In this document: positions 38,711 through 48,666 of the stretch, piece after piece | Numbering within the stretch: position 1 is the first letter of the stretch | Layout: the number at the start of each line of letters is the position of its first letter | Virus record (IMG/VR): IMGVR_UViG_3300022745_000017 | Span: 1 to 64,000 of that record | Direction: 5' to 3' (one strand) | Length of the DNA: 64,000 nucleotides | Program-made: the position numbers and the translations under genes | The notes under the pieces: model-generated | What the model was told of the DNA's origin: nothing | Seen by the model: only the letters and a program-made list of their open reading frames with translations | The model's database searches: none

Positions 38711-40891
38711 ATGTCAGAAGTCATCGAAAATCCTTTTCAGTTGCAAACCCACGAGTATGTCCGTGACATCAATCCTCTCAAACACTATATCGAGAATCAA
38801 GCACTCGGTTTGAGCAAGATGCGCAACATCCCTTTAGACAAAGCTAAAGAGATCGTGGTCTCGATGCTAAAGCCCGGTGGTGTCTTTGAGTTTAAAGACC
38901 CGAAGATCGTTTATCTCCAGCGCAAAGAAAATGGAGACCGTGAAAAGCGTGAGTCTACATTTTTAGCTTATATCAAGGATTCTGTCAAAAAGCGTGAATT
39001 GATATCTCCGAGTCTGGCGACTTATCTCCATCCTGATGTTAAAGTCTCCTTGCTCTCGGAGTTCATGGACTTTGGCGTGGCCAAGCGCAATAGCGCCAAA
39101 CAAGCCCAGCATGAAGCAGAGGCGGTTGGCGATAAGTTCATGGCGGAGTTCAAGAAGTGCGAGCAAACTGGTGCTAAGCGTACAAACAACGCTGGCTCAG
39201 GAGCGCAGTGCACAGAGTCTACACCTTTGTTTAACCCGACTGCCCACTCGACACTGACTTCTAACTGTCGCTCTACAGCTGGTAACGGTAACGCTAATAA
39301 CGAAAAACTACTAGCTGGCAATCGTCACTATTGGTCAAGTGAAGTTGTAGTCAACAATATCATCTCCATTAGCATCTTGACAGACTTGCAAGCTGTTAGT
39401 GCTGTGATGAAGAAGTATAAGCTTCATGTGCCTAGTGTAGACGATGTCATGAAAGTGATTCGTTACTCGACGGACTTGTATTGGCGCAATGAGAGCAAGA
39501 TGGCTTTCATTCATGAGCTAGTCTCTAAGCTAGAGCCCGTTGAGCGCGCTGCGTTTGTGTATGTCAGTGACTTGTACCACTTGAGGCTTTTCAATGAAGC
39601 CTTTATGCGCAACTTCTTGTCTACCTTGGCAGCAAAGACATATGGTGACATCACTGATGAGGTCGCTTATGCGATCATCAAGTCAGCTAATGAAGACGTG
39701 CTTAACTTTGCTCAGCTGGTTTGTCGCAAAGAGACCATGGGGCATGGCAAGAAGCACTCTCAGATGGGCGAGCAAGCCAGAGCTATCTTGGCGAGCACGA
39801 TCAAAAACATCCAGTCTGTTATCAACGCGCACAGCGATCTGATACGTGCCTTTCTCACGACGCCCAATATGCCTGCGAGTATGGCGTATTTCCCGTCCAG
39901 TATTCGGCGTGTGGTGGTGACAGGTGATACTGACTCAACGATTTTCACCGTACAAGAGTGGGTGCTTTGGTTTAAGAACAAGGTTTGCTTCGATGACGAA
40001 GCTGTGTCTATCGCTACGGGGATGAGCTTTTTTGCCAGTGCGACAATCACACACTTGTTGGCCATCATGAGCTCGAACTACGGTGTGGTACAAAAGCGTC
40101 TGTACCAAATCGCTATGAAAAATGAGTTCTTCTATCCGATCTACCTGTTGACTCATTTGGGTAAACACTACGCTGCACTCATGGGCGCTAAAGAAGGCGC
40201 TGTTTACAAAGACATGGTGCTCGATATCAAGGGTGTGTATCTTAAGTCTTCTACCCTGCCTGAAGATATTCGTGTGCGGGCTGTGCAGATGATGAAAGAC
40301 ATCTTCAATGAGCTGATGGAAACAGGTGTGATCAGCATCATGAAGTACATTCGTCTTGTGACCAATGTAGAAAAGCTCATTGAGCACTCGATCGCTGCTG
40401 GTGAGTTCACTTACTTGCGAGCTGGTCAGATCAAAGACGCCGAGACTTACTCCAAGGAAGAAAGCAAGTCGCCTTTCCAGATGCACCATTTCTGGAACCA
40501 AGTCTTCGGTGAGAAGTATGGTGAAATGCCCCTACCCCCATATGACACCTTGAAGTTCTCACTGACTTGTAAGAACAGGACTGACACAAAGCGTTGGCTA
40601 GCCTCCATCGCAGATGAGAGTGTACGCAAGCGCCTTGAGACGTACATGGCTAAGAATGGTAAAACACATTTGACGACTCTGAACTTACCGACTGTCATGA
40701 TGATGAACACTGGTTTTCCTGTAGAGATTTTGCCTGTACTCGATATGCGCAAGATCGTTAAGGACATCAGTAAGATTTTCTACATTTTGATGGAAGTGTT
40801 AGGTGTATTTACCCAAGGCGAAAAGAAAGTAGATCGTTTGATTGGAGACATGTATCCCCTTGAAGAGATCGATCTGAAAATTGAACTATAG
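38711..40891 (+). CDS. split family-B DNA polymerase, polymerase (motif B/C) subunit (phiKZ gp50-like)
   Basis: Motif B-like QTGAKRTNNAGSG, motif C GDTDS, MKNEF, KHY, IKGVYLK; no exonuclease motifs seen. Confidence 0.88.
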   Translation: MSEVIENPFQLQTHEYVRDINPLKHYIENQALGLSKMRNIPLDKAKEIVVSMLKPGGVFEFKDPKIVYLQRKENGDREKRESTFLAYIKDSVKKRELISPSLATYLHPDVKVSLLSEFMDFGVAKRNSAKQAQHEAEAVGDKFMAEFKKCEQTGAKRTNNAGSGAQCTESTPLFNPTAHSTLTSNCRSTAGNGNANNEKLLAGNRHYWSSEVVVNNIISISILTDLQAVSAVMKKYKLHVPSVDDVMKVIRYSTDLYWRNESKMAFIHELVSKLEPVERAAFVYVSDLYHLRLFNEAFMRNFLSTLAAKTYGDITDEVAYAIIKSANEDVLNFAQLVCRKETMGHGKKHSQMGEQARAILASTIKNIQSVINAHSDLIRAFLTTPNMPASMAYFPSSIRRVVVTGDTDSTIFTVQEWVLWFKNKVCFDDEAVSIATGMSFFASATITHLLAIMSSNYGVVQKRLYQIAMKNEFFYPIYLLTHLGKHYAALMGAKEGAVYKDMVLDIKGVYLKSSTLPEDIRVRAVQMMKDIFNELMETGVISIMKYIRLVTNVEKLIEHSIAAGEFTYLRAGQIKDAETYSKEESKSPFQMHHFWNQVFGEKYGEMPLPPYDTLKFSLTCKNRTDTKRWLASIADESVRKRLETYMAKNGKTHLTTLNLPTVMMMNTGFPVEILPVLDMRKIVKDISKIFYILMEVLGVFTQGEKKVDRLIGDMYPLEEIDLKIEL

Positions 40892-40904
40892 AGCTAAGGC
40901 TCTG

Positions 40905-40942
40905 GCCACTGGTACTGGAGTTTACACTCCAGTACCAGTGGC
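40905..40942. terminator. hairpin, 17-bp stem, between convergent genes
   Basis: gccactggtactggagt-ttac-actccagtaccagtggc; GNRA loop on the minus strand. Confidence 0.75.
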
Positions 40943-42025
40943 TTACAGATAACCCAGTAGTTTAGAAAACTTAGCCTTCTCCTCGAAAAACAAATCAGAA
41001 GGCAATACCTCTTGCATGATCTCGATGGTGCTGTCAGACTTGATGGACTTGGCCATCTGGTAAATGTCGTGACGATTGGCCGCTGAGCTCTTGACTTGAC
41101 CTAAGTCAATCAAGAATAATACTTCATCAATCCGAGCTAGCTGGAGTGCCCAGTTGATTTGCCTTGTCAGAGACACTTCCGGTATCTTTAAGAACTCTCC
41201 TGCGTTGGTGAGTGTGATCAAATCCATACACTCTAGCATTGCATCAAAGTCGGCCTTAGCCAAACGAATGTTGCCAAGCATCTTAGAGATGCCTCTGTCC
41301 ACATGCGCTGTGTGATTGGCTAGATTAAAAGGGTGGTATTTGAAGCTTACGTCCGTGTAGTCGTTTTGTCCGTAGTGCAAACGCATCAGTCTTTTGATAA
41401 TCGCATTATCGAGCTGACTATAGAGAATGTTTGGAATGACAAACCGCGCAACAAACTGTGTGGTCGTTCCAGCGTAGTCATTAGCTGAGCACCATTTCTT
41501 ATAAGAGCGGTACTGAAGAGCTAGGCGAGGGATATCGATCTGGAAGATAGACAGCCCGGTTTGTGTTGAGTATGCTTGCCCATTGGCTAGCATCAGCGCT
41601 AGATCCGACTTAGGGGAGCGCAGCACCTTGATAGCTTGTACATTCCACCACTGGGCTTCATCATGGTTAGGATTGAAAGACTCGTTGACACTGATCAATA
41701 GCTCTGTTGAGCCTGCACCAAAAAAGAGACCCTTAAAGACCCTACCTACATTGTAAGGCCCAGTCCAACCAAGCATCGAAGTCATAGAGACTGCGTTAAG
41801 TGCGATATCGTCGATGTAATTATAGGGACTTTGTGTAGGTGGTGTTGGCACGGAGTTCAGCAGGCGTACAAGCAGGTGATCTGACTTAACCACAAAGACG
41901 TGCTTGCGGTAGTAGTCAATCGTCGTAGCGATGTTTTGGCGCATCATGCGGCGCACATAAGGCCAAATGATCGGATGCTGTACACCAGACACAATTGGAC
42001 TATAGTAGGTAAAGTAATCGAACAT
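40943..42025 (-). CDS. phiKZ gp52-like conserved (virion) protein
   Basis: 360 aa, inverted between DNA polymerase and chimallin as in phiKZ-like phages; AAGG RBS. Confidence 0.65.
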   Translation of the reverse strand: MFDYFTYYSPIVSGVQHPIIWPYVRRMMRQNIATTIDYYRKHVFVVKSDHLLVRLLNSVPTPPTQSPYNYIDDIALNAVSMTSMLGWTGPYNVGRVFKGLFFGAGSTELLISVNESFNPNHDEAQWWNVQAIKVLRSPKSDLALMLANGQAYSTQTGLSIFQIDIPRLALQYRSYKKWCSANDYAGTTTQFVARFVIPNILYSQLDNAIIKRLMRLHYGQNDYTDVSFKYHPFNLANHTAHVDRGISKMLGNIRLAKADFDAMLECMDLITLTNAGEFLKIPEVSLTRQINWALQLARIDEVLFLIDLGQVKSSAANRHDIYQMAKSIKSDSTIEIMQEVLPSDLFFEEKAKFSKLLGYL

Positions 42026-42202
42026 GTGGATGACCTTAAAAGCTTTTCGTATGAATATTTACGCCGCGTTGACATACGATGTCCGACACAGATGCAAACA
42101 TTAATTTTTTACACAATCACCTATAGTGTGTAGAAGATTAGCGTCTTCACACTGATCGGCGTAAGCTGGTCAAGCGAAGCTGTGTTGTCTTTTGTGGTCT
42201 TA

Positions 42203-42233
42203 AAAAATTTGACCCACATATCACCCTTATGAC
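42203..42233 (+). promoter_or_regulatory. putative promoter of chimallin
   Basis: AAAAATTTGACCCACATATCACCCTTATGAC; weaker second copy at about 42105-42130. Confidence 0.6.
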
Positions 42234-42279
42234 TTGACATCCGTGTCGTGTCGTTTTAACTCTTGCAAGAGGATTTTTC

Positions 42280-44220
42280 ATGTCGACTCCCACTGGGATC
42301 AAAATCGGTGGCGCTTCCCCTTTGGTGCGCCCTGTAACCACCGCCCCTGCCGCTGCACCCGCAGCTCCTTCCTCCCCCGCCTACAGTAAGCGAGAAGATG
42401 CAATGGAAAAAGACAAAGACTTCGATCAGCGCGCCAACTGGCGCGCTAAAGCCATCAGCACCCCCAGCCAATCTGCGCAAGCCGGTGACCTGCTGGAGCT
42501 GACCCGCAAGGTCATGAGCGATTACAACATCCCTGGCTGCAAGCTCTCGGCCGAGCTGGTCTCTGGCACGACCTACGGCCTGCTGTTCTCGACGGTGGTG
42601 GTGCGCCTCTCTGCTGGCTCCAGCCATGCGGTGTACATGCTGGCTGCTGAAGGCAGCTTCGCCGATGGTCGCTACCCCGACGCTGTCGTCAAAGTGGCCA
42701 ACTCCGGCGAAGTAAGTGTGGCCCGTGGCCCGATGGACGCACTGGGCGGCAAGTATGCCAAGACTTTGACCGACCATGTCTTGGCTGGCCTGCCCCACGG
42801 TGACACCCTCATCTACGTGGGCAACACCTACGTCCCGCGTGAGTGGGATTGTGGCGCGGACACGAGCGTCAACGTGCGCACCAAGGTGGTTGGCCTGATC
42901 GTCAACGCCATCGCAGCGGTGGCCGCTGAGTTCACCGAGCAACGCGGCGAGCAGCCCATCAATTTGGCAACATGGTTGCAACCAGGTGAAATCCTGGAAG
43001 CCGCTGTTTCGTTCGGCAACGAACCTCGCCCCAATGCCCTCGGCGTGCCCACTCGCACCGATGTCATCATCGACCTGCGCACTGCGGTGACTGGTCGCAC
43101 AGCTGTGCGTGAACGCGACCGCGACGGGTTCGACTTCATGGACTTGAACACCACCAAGGGCGGCGGCACACTGGCGTCGATCGGTGGTTGGCTCCAAGCC
43201 GAATGGATGCCTGAAACGGGCGAGGTCGTGCGTGACTCCGAAGGCCGGATCTTGCCGCGCCCCTTGGCGGCTCGCTTGATCTTGAGCAACCTCGTCAGCA
43301 CCGAAGCCAAGTGCTTGTCCCTCACCACGTTGGCGGTGGCAACGGCAGCGGTAATGCGTCAAAGCAGCATCTGGTGGCATGGCTTCAAGCCGCGCTACAA
43401 TGCCACGCAAGCGGTGAAGGACGCCACGAACGTGGGCGCGCTGGATGTGCTGGTGAACCTGGCCGAACGGATGACGCCGCGTACCGCCATGGGTGACATC
43501 CCCTATGGCGAAGTGCAACGCCTGGGCAGCGACGCTGAGTGGGATTTCTTCATGAACGCCAGCTTTCAGCAACGTCTGGCCATCGGCTTGCTGGTGCCTG
43601 CGGCTGATCCCGAAAGCTGGGCCCTCGATCCTTTCCTGCGCTCAGCGCTGGGCGATCCCGACAGCGATGCCTTGATCGCAGGGTTGCTGAACTGGTTGAC
43701 CAACAACAAGTTCGCCGACTACTACGACGGTGGCTCGATCTGCCTACCCTACTCCGAGCAGGTGCAAACGGGCACCTACACCGGCAGTGATGGCATGCCA
43801 CGCCCCATCGAGGACGTTGACTTGACCGCCGTTTGCGCCCGCTTTGGCAAGCAGCAGCCTGACGGCATCGTGGCCTGGATGAACGCCGTCAACGACGCCA
43901 ACACGTCGTTTGCCCGCTCGGCAGCCAGCCGCGCGACGATCCGTGACACGGTGCTGGGTGTGCCCAGCAAGGTGCGTGGCACTGCCACCATCGTGATGCT
44001 GCGTGGCCATGTTCTGGACGCCGCACAACGTGCCATGGACGCCGCCAAGGTCAGCCCGCGTGTCATCGCTCCTGGCCTGGCTGCCATCGATCAGCGCCGT
44101 CAAGGTGCTCGCTGGGGTGATGCCTTGCTGGACAGCCGCACCTACGGGCGTGGTCGTGGTGGTGACGACGGTGGTGGCAGCACGCTGAGCCTGCGCAGTC
44201 GCGCCTTCCGCAACGCTTAA
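42280..44220 (+). CDS. chmA: chimallin, major phage nuclear shell protein (phiKZ gp54-like)
   Basis: 646 aa between the DNA pol/gp52-like genes and nvRNAP beta'N; disordered Pro/Ala N-terminus, GVPTRTD, GTYTGSDGMPRPIEDVD, RRQG...Gly/Arg C-tail; strong C/G codon bias; GAGGA RBS. Confidence 0.85.
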   Translation: MSTPTGIKIGGASPLVRPVTTAPAAAPAAPSSPAYSKREDAMEKDKDFDQRANWRAKAISTPSQSAQAGDLLELTRKVMSDYNIPGCKLSAELVSGTTYGLLFSTVVVRLSAGSSHAVYMLAAEGSFADGRYPDAVVKVANSGEVSVARGPMDALGGKYAKTLTDHVLAGLPHGDTLIYVGNTYVPREWDCGADTSVNVRTKVVGLIVNAIAAVAAEFTEQRGEQPINLATWLQPGEILEAAVSFGNEPRPNALGVPTRTDVIIDLRTAVTGRTAVRERDRDGFDFMDLNTTKGGGTLASIGGWLQAEWMPETGEVVRDSEGRILPRPLAARLILSNLVSTEAKCLSLTTLAVATAAVMRQSSIWWHGFKPRYNATQAVKDATNVGALDVLVNLAERMTPRTAMGDIPYGEVQRLGSDAEWDFFMNASFQQRLAIGLLVPAADPESWALDPFLRSALGDPDSDALIAGLLNWLTNNKFADYYDGGSICLPYSEQVQTGTYTGSDGMPRPIEDVDLTAVCARFGKQQPDGIVAWMNAVNDANTSFARSAASRATIRDTVLGVPSKVRGTATIVMLRGHVLDAAQRAMDAAKVSPRVIAPGLAAIDQRRQGARWGDALLDSRTYGRGRGGDDGGGSTLSLRSRAFRNA

Positions 44221-44240
44221 GCAATTAAGCGCTAGTGGCT

Positions 44241-44270
44241 AAAGAGGGGAGCGAATTCGCTCCCCTCTTT
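44241..44270 (+). terminator. 30-bp perfect palindrome, terminator after chimallin
   Basis: aaagaggggagcgaa|ttcgctcccctcttt, then tatgccgttt. Confidence 0.8.
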
Positions 44271-44308
44271 TATGCCGTTTGATCAACCTTTTCCTTTTGT
44301 AACAACAC

Positions 44309-45784
44309 ATGCCCGTATACCAGCGCCTCGTTTATTTGGACAAAGTGTTTGAGTCTCTAAAGACACAAGCTGTTGTGGTCAATGATGTCTCGATCACAAC
44401 AGAGAGCGAAAAAGGCATCTTTTCGAAGTTGTTGTTTCAGCGATTTGGCTCTGAGCTGGTGTCTTGTGTGCCTAAGTGTGAGTGCGGCGCAACCAAAGAC
44501 GCTCACCGGTTAGGCGAGATCTGCAACATCTGTGGGTATGCTGTCAAAGATCCGATGGATCAGAGACTCGAAGCTCTGGTCTGGTTGAGAGCGCCTAAGC
44601 AGGTGCTAGCGCTGATCAACCCGATCGTGCTGCTGCAATTGCGGCAAAAGTTTACCAAGTCAGGATTTAGCATCATTGACTGGTTGCTCAATACGGATTA
44701 TAGGCCAGGGATCAATTTACCCCCTGACGTAGTCGTGTTGATGGATAAAGGCGTCAAGCGGGGCTACAATAACTTCATTCAAAACTTTGATGTCATTATT
44801 GACCAACTGTTTTCCCTGAAGTTAACCCGCAACAAATCCCTAATGGATGACGATCTCTATAAGGAGATCCATCTGTTTAAAGACCGGATATTTTCTCAAC
44901 ACATTCCGCTGCCTAATCGGTCGCTGATGGTGGTTGAGGACAACTCAACTGGTAGTTGGGTTGATCCGGTCATCTTGGGTGCCTTAGATGCAGTGAACAT
45001 GTTGACGGGGATTGACACCCCACTGAAGTTCCGCAATGAGCGTCAGCGACAGAACACGACAGCTAAGGCACTACTGACACTGTGTGATTTTTACACGGGT
45101 CTGAATCAAACAGTTTTTGCTAAGAAGGGTGGCTTGTACCGCAAGCACATCTACGGCGGCAGAAACATGTACTCTGCGCGTGCAGTGATCAGCTCAATCA
45201 CTGACCCACATGAGTACGACGAGCTGCACATCAGCTGGGGCGTCGGGGTGACGATGCTGCGCATCCATCTGCTCAACAAGCTGATGCGCGCGCCTTACAA
45301 GCTCAGTCCCCGTGAGGCCAACTTAAAGATTCGCTCTGCGACATACACGTATGACGCGGATCTCGATAAGTTGTTCCAAGAGATCATTGCAGAGTCTGAA
45401 GAAGGTGGGCTGGTCTGTATCTTTCAGCGCAACCCAAGCCTTGAGAAGAACTCTGCACAGCGTCTAAGAATTACACGCGTCAAGACTGATCCGCGAGACC
45501 CGACGATCTCGCTATCGATCTTGGTCGTGCGTGGCTTTAATGCCGACTTTGACGGCGATGCCATGAACTTGATCTTGGCGCTAGACAATGCAACTGCACT
45601 GTCATGGATGGCTCTGGCTCCTCACACCAGCATGATCAACATCAACCACTCGCGTCGCTTGAGCCAAGCTGCCGCAATGCCAAAACCTGTCGTGACGACC
45701 ACAAACGTCTGGCTGACCTGGCCTGATCAGCAACCTAATGCCGAGCAACTAGAGTTTATGGAATCAATCCGCATGAAGGACTAA
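44309..45784 (+). CDS. non-virion RNA polymerase beta' N-terminal/catalytic subunit (phiKZ gp55-like)
   Basis: Zn finger CECG...CNICG, KKGGLYRKHIYGGR, ARAVISS, QRNPSL, catalytic NADFDGD. Confidence 0.93.
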   Translation: MPVYQRLVYLDKVFESLKTQAVVVNDVSITTESEKGIFSKLLFQRFGSELVSCVPKCECGATKDAHRLGEICNICGYAVKDPMDQRLEALVWLRAPKQVLALINPIVLLQLRQKFTKSGFSIIDWLLNTDYRPGINLPPDVVVLMDKGVKRGYNNFIQNFDVIIDQLFSLKLTRNKSLMDDDLYKEIHLFKDRIFSQHIPLPNRSLMVVEDNSTGSWVDPVILGALDAVNMLTGIDTPLKFRNERQRQNTTAKALLTLCDFYTGLNQTVFAKKGGLYRKHIYGGRNMYSARAVISSITDPHEYDELHISWGVGVTMLRIHLLNKLMRAPYKLSPREANLKIRSATYTYDADLDKLFQEIIAESEEGGLVCIFQRNPSLEKNSAQRLRITRVKTDPRDPTISLSILVVRGFNADFDGDAMNLILALDNATALSWMALAPHTSMININHSRRLSQAAAMPKPVVTTTNVWLTWPDQQPNAEQLEFMESIRMKD

Positions 45785-45785
45785 T

Positions 45786-46397
45786 ATGGAGCTGATGACA
45801 GCATCTGACCACGTATGGAACGCTGCTACGCGCAGTGCACCATCGCCCAGGCTCACTGAGCACGTTCGCTCACAGTGGGACAGGGTAACTGAGTACGCCT
45901 CTAAGACGCAACGACTGGTCTTAGAAACCGCCAGGAGAGCCTATGAGGATTTCAACTCCTCACAGACTTTGAGCATTGTTCGCTCGGCGCTAGGAAAGAT
46001 CAACAAGCGTGTCACCGTTGAGCGAATCATGGAGCTGACGACGCTCGACCAGATCCGGCACGCACCAGTCATCATGCAACGCTATTTGGTGGCTAACCCA
46101 ACCGTTCGCAAGATGTACAACCAGCAGTCTATCGACGGCTGGGCGGGTAGTTACATGGATTGCGATCCTGGCACAATTGGTGATGATCACTACGATTATC
46201 GCCGCGCTACGGATTGTATGTTCATCGAAAAGGACGGGCGCATGCAGCTCACCCGCTACTTTGATGATCTGCGAGACGGTGATGCACACTTGTCCTTCCA
46301 AGATAAGTGTGCTGTCTTGATGACTTGGTCTGCAACTGATGCGTTGCTGGCTGCGCAACAAGATGACCCGACAAGTCCAGTAGGCGAAATGCTCTGA
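45786..46397 (+). CDS. conserved chimallivirus protein (possibly phiKZ gp59/Imp3-like)
   Basis: AAGGA RBS; APVIMQRYLVANP, HYDYRR, C-terminal DPTS; assignment by synteny. Confidence 0.55.
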   Translation: MELMTASDHVWNAATRSAPSPRLTEHVRSQWDRVTEYASKTQRLVLETARRAYEDFNSSQTLSIVRSALGKINKRVTVERIMELTTLDQIRHAPVIMQRYLVANPTVRKMYNQQSIDGWAGSYMDCDPGTIGDDHYDYRRATDCMFIEKDGRMQLTRYFDDLRDGDAHLSFQDKCAVLMTWSATDALLAAQQDDPTSPVGEML

Positions 46398-46407
46398 TCT
46401 TGTGTAG

Positions 46408-46437
46408 CTGAGTGATGGGGCTAGCCCCATCACTCAG
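46408..46437 (+). terminator. 30-bp perfect palindrome centred on CTAG
   Basis: ctgagtgatggggct|agccccatcactcag, with a T-rich run shortly after. Confidence 0.7.
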
Positions 46438-46475
46438 TCCTACTGCTTTATTTTTTCGATATCTAGGAGTTTAAA

Positions 46476-46871
46476 ATGACCATACCTGTACCTACGCTCA
46501 GCACCGATGGTTGGGTTTACGATACCGCTAAGCGACTAGACCATTTGCTCGCCAATGCCTGGATGTGTGAGTCTACACAGAGCGACGATTACCAAGGCAA
46601 GATCACCAGCGTGCCCGACATCTTTGCGCAGATTGGCTCACGCTTAGACACAGCACCAGCTTTGCTAGAAGAAGCATTGACCCGCTACCTGACATGCTAT
46701 TTCGATAGTGTCACAGTGTCAGCTTCTTTGACAGATGCTACGGACGGAGGTAGTCTTACGACAATCAACTTGGTCATTGGGGTGTATGAGAAAAATGACA
46801 CTTCGACATTTGAGTATCTCTTTAGCAGTGAGGGCTCCAAGTTCGTCAATTACTTGCGGATTAGTCAGTGA
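46476..46871 (+). CDS. conserved hypothetical protein (131 aa)
   Basis: AGGAG RBS; VPTLSTDGWV N-terminus. Confidence 0.7.
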   Translation: MTIPVPTLSTDGWVYDTAKRLDHLLANAWMCESTQSDDYQGKITSVPDIFAQIGSRLDTAPALLEEALTRYLTCYFDSVTVSASLTDATDGGSLTTINLVIGVYEKNDTSTFEYLFSSEGSKFVNYLRISQ

Positions 46872-46925
46872 ATTTAATTAGACAACCCCATCAAATTTTG
46901 TGCATTTAACCCACCTAGCCAAATC

Positions 46926-47513
46926 ATGAGCACCCCACCCAACTTCATTCAAGCCAATCAGATCCAACAACTGCGTCGCAATAGCGACAATATTCGGGAC
47001 TTCCTGGGCGATATTCCTGTGCCCAAGGGACGTATCTCTGAGCTTGCATTCGTTGAATATTTCTTGCCTTTGTTCACCGGCAAGATACCACCCCAGGAGC
47101 ACGATGAACGCTTAGGGCGCTGGTATCGCATCAGTGGTGGGCCCTACAAGGCAGTCGATATCGTAAAGCCTGATGGGAGTGTTTTAGAGTTCCCGATGTT
47201 TTTCGATCTCAGCACCATCTCAGTGCGCCGGGTTGAGCGGCGAGATTCCTTCAGCTTGGAGTCTTTGTCCCATCAAGCGAGTTTGGCTGTCGGTAAACCC
47301 CCTGCGCAAGCGGCTCAAGCTGTTACTGACCTAGTGGATGCAACCCTCGCAGCCATCGGTACGACAGAACAAATAGAGGTGCCAGAGAACGTCAAGAAGA
47401 TCCATGCGATCTTGAAGAGCTACGACCCGAGCTTTACGCCCAACACAGGTACTGTAAGCACGCAAGTAGCTCCACCTCCCGTACAGGCTTCTTTTACCGA
47501 TGATGAATACTGA
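46926..47513 (+). CDS. conserved hypothetical protein (195 aa)
   Basis: ISELAFVEYFLPLF...WYRISGGPY; overlaps the nuclease start. Confidence 0.65.
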   Translation: MSTPPNFIQANQIQQLRRNSDNIRDFLGDIPVPKGRISELAFVEYFLPLFTGKIPPQEHDERLGRWYRISGGPYKAVDIVKPDGSVLEFPMFFDLSTISVRRVERRDSFSLESLSHQASLAVGKPPAQAAQAVTDLVDATLAAIGTTEQIEVPENVKKIHAILKSYDPSFTPNTGTVSTQVAPPPVQASFTDDEY

Positions 47514-48666
47514 GCTCACACCAGTAGCCCAGGCAGCGCGTATTGTGGTGGTGAGTGACTTACACTTAGGTCACCGCAATACGCCTACGCGTCACATCGT
47601 TGAAAACCTCAACCGGCATGTGACGTGCCCTAAGGTGTTTTCCAAACTCGACATCTTCTTTGTCGCAGGTGACTTGTTTGATGATTTGCTCTTACTCACA
47701 CAAGACGAGATCGCTGAGATACAGGCTTGGTTGTTTAGGACATTGGCGCTGTGCTTAAAGTACCGTGTTAAGTTTCGCCTACTCAAGGGCACACCTAGCC
47801 ATGACCGAGATCAATCTGATTGGGTAGACTCAATCGCCAAGTTGTGCAATGAGCACTTTAACTGCAAGATCGATTTTAAGTATTTCAACGACATCTCTCT
47901 AGAGTACTTTCCTGAGTTTGATCTGAAGGTGCTCTATGTCCCCGATGAGATTAGGCCAACGGGCGTAGAGACTCTCAGAGATGCAAAGCAGTTAGCGCTA
48001 TCAGAGGGTTGGGATGGTGTTGATTTGGCAATCATGCATGGGTTCTTCAAGTCTCAGCTACCGGCTTGTGCGGTGAGTCCTCAAGCCCTCGATGAAAACG
48101 ATTGGCAAGACTTTGTCAAAGGGCAGCTCTTTATTGGGCATGTGCATACACACACCGTGTGTGGACGTATCTTTGCACAAGGATCTTTCGATAGACTCTC
48201 TCACGGTCAGGAAGAAGACAAAGGGTTTGCATTGGCTAACTTGGGGCCAGGTAGTGCGATCAACAGTGTAGAGTTTGTGACAAATCCACAAGCTCAGACT
48301 TATAAGACATTGACCTGTAATCACTCAGAGGTTGACCGAGCCATTACTTACATCGATAAGATGTTAGCTAATGAGACAGGTAGGATCTTTGTGAAGATCA
48401 AAGCACAGGAAGATAAGCCGATCTTACTGGCTAAGCGTCTGCTCAAGCAGCGCTACCCTCTTGTGCACTGGGACTTTGAGAAGATTAAGTCCGGTGAAAA
48501 GCAAACGAGAGAGCACGCCAGCAAGTCTAGACTAACCCAGTCACTTATCATTAACCGCAGCACAGTTCGTGCACAGCTCCTTGATCGTTTAAAAGTCAAT
48601 GGAGTCAGCAAAGAAGTCATTCACCATTGTTCTGTCCTCATCGATGAAACACTAGGACGCATATGA
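47500..48666 (+). CDS. Mre11/SbcD-like metallophosphoesterase nuclease (phiKZ gp65-like)
   Basis: SDLHLGH, AGDLFD, GTPSHD, MHG, GHVH, GSFDRL motifs. Confidence 0.88.
   Translation: MMNTELTPVAQAARIVVVSDLHLGHRNTPTRHIVENLNRHVTCPKVFSKLDIFFVAGDLFDDLLLLTQDEIAEIQAWLFRTLALCLKYRVKFRLLKGTPSHDRDQSDWVDSIAKLCNEHFNCKIDFKYFNDISLEYFPEFDLKVLYVPDEIRPTGVETLRDAKQLALSEGWDGVDLAIMHGFFKSQLPACAVSPQALDENDWQDFVKGQLFIGHVHTHTVCGRIFAQGSFDRLSHGQEEDKGFALANLGPGSAINSVEFVTNPQAQTYKTLTCNHSEVDRAITYIDKMLANETGRIFVKIKAQEDKPILLAKRLLKQRYPLVHWDFEKIKSGEKQTREHASKSRLTQSLIINRSTVRAQLLDRLKVNGVSKEVIHHCSVLIDETLGRI

Noticed and set aside
38711-40891. DNA polymerase lacking exonuclease and motif A as a pseudogene
   Set aside because: phiKZ-like polymerases are naturally split; the other half is expected outside the window.
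42256-43572. 438-aa ORF antisense to chimallin
   Set aside because: Same shadow effect from C/G-ending codons in a highly expressed gene.
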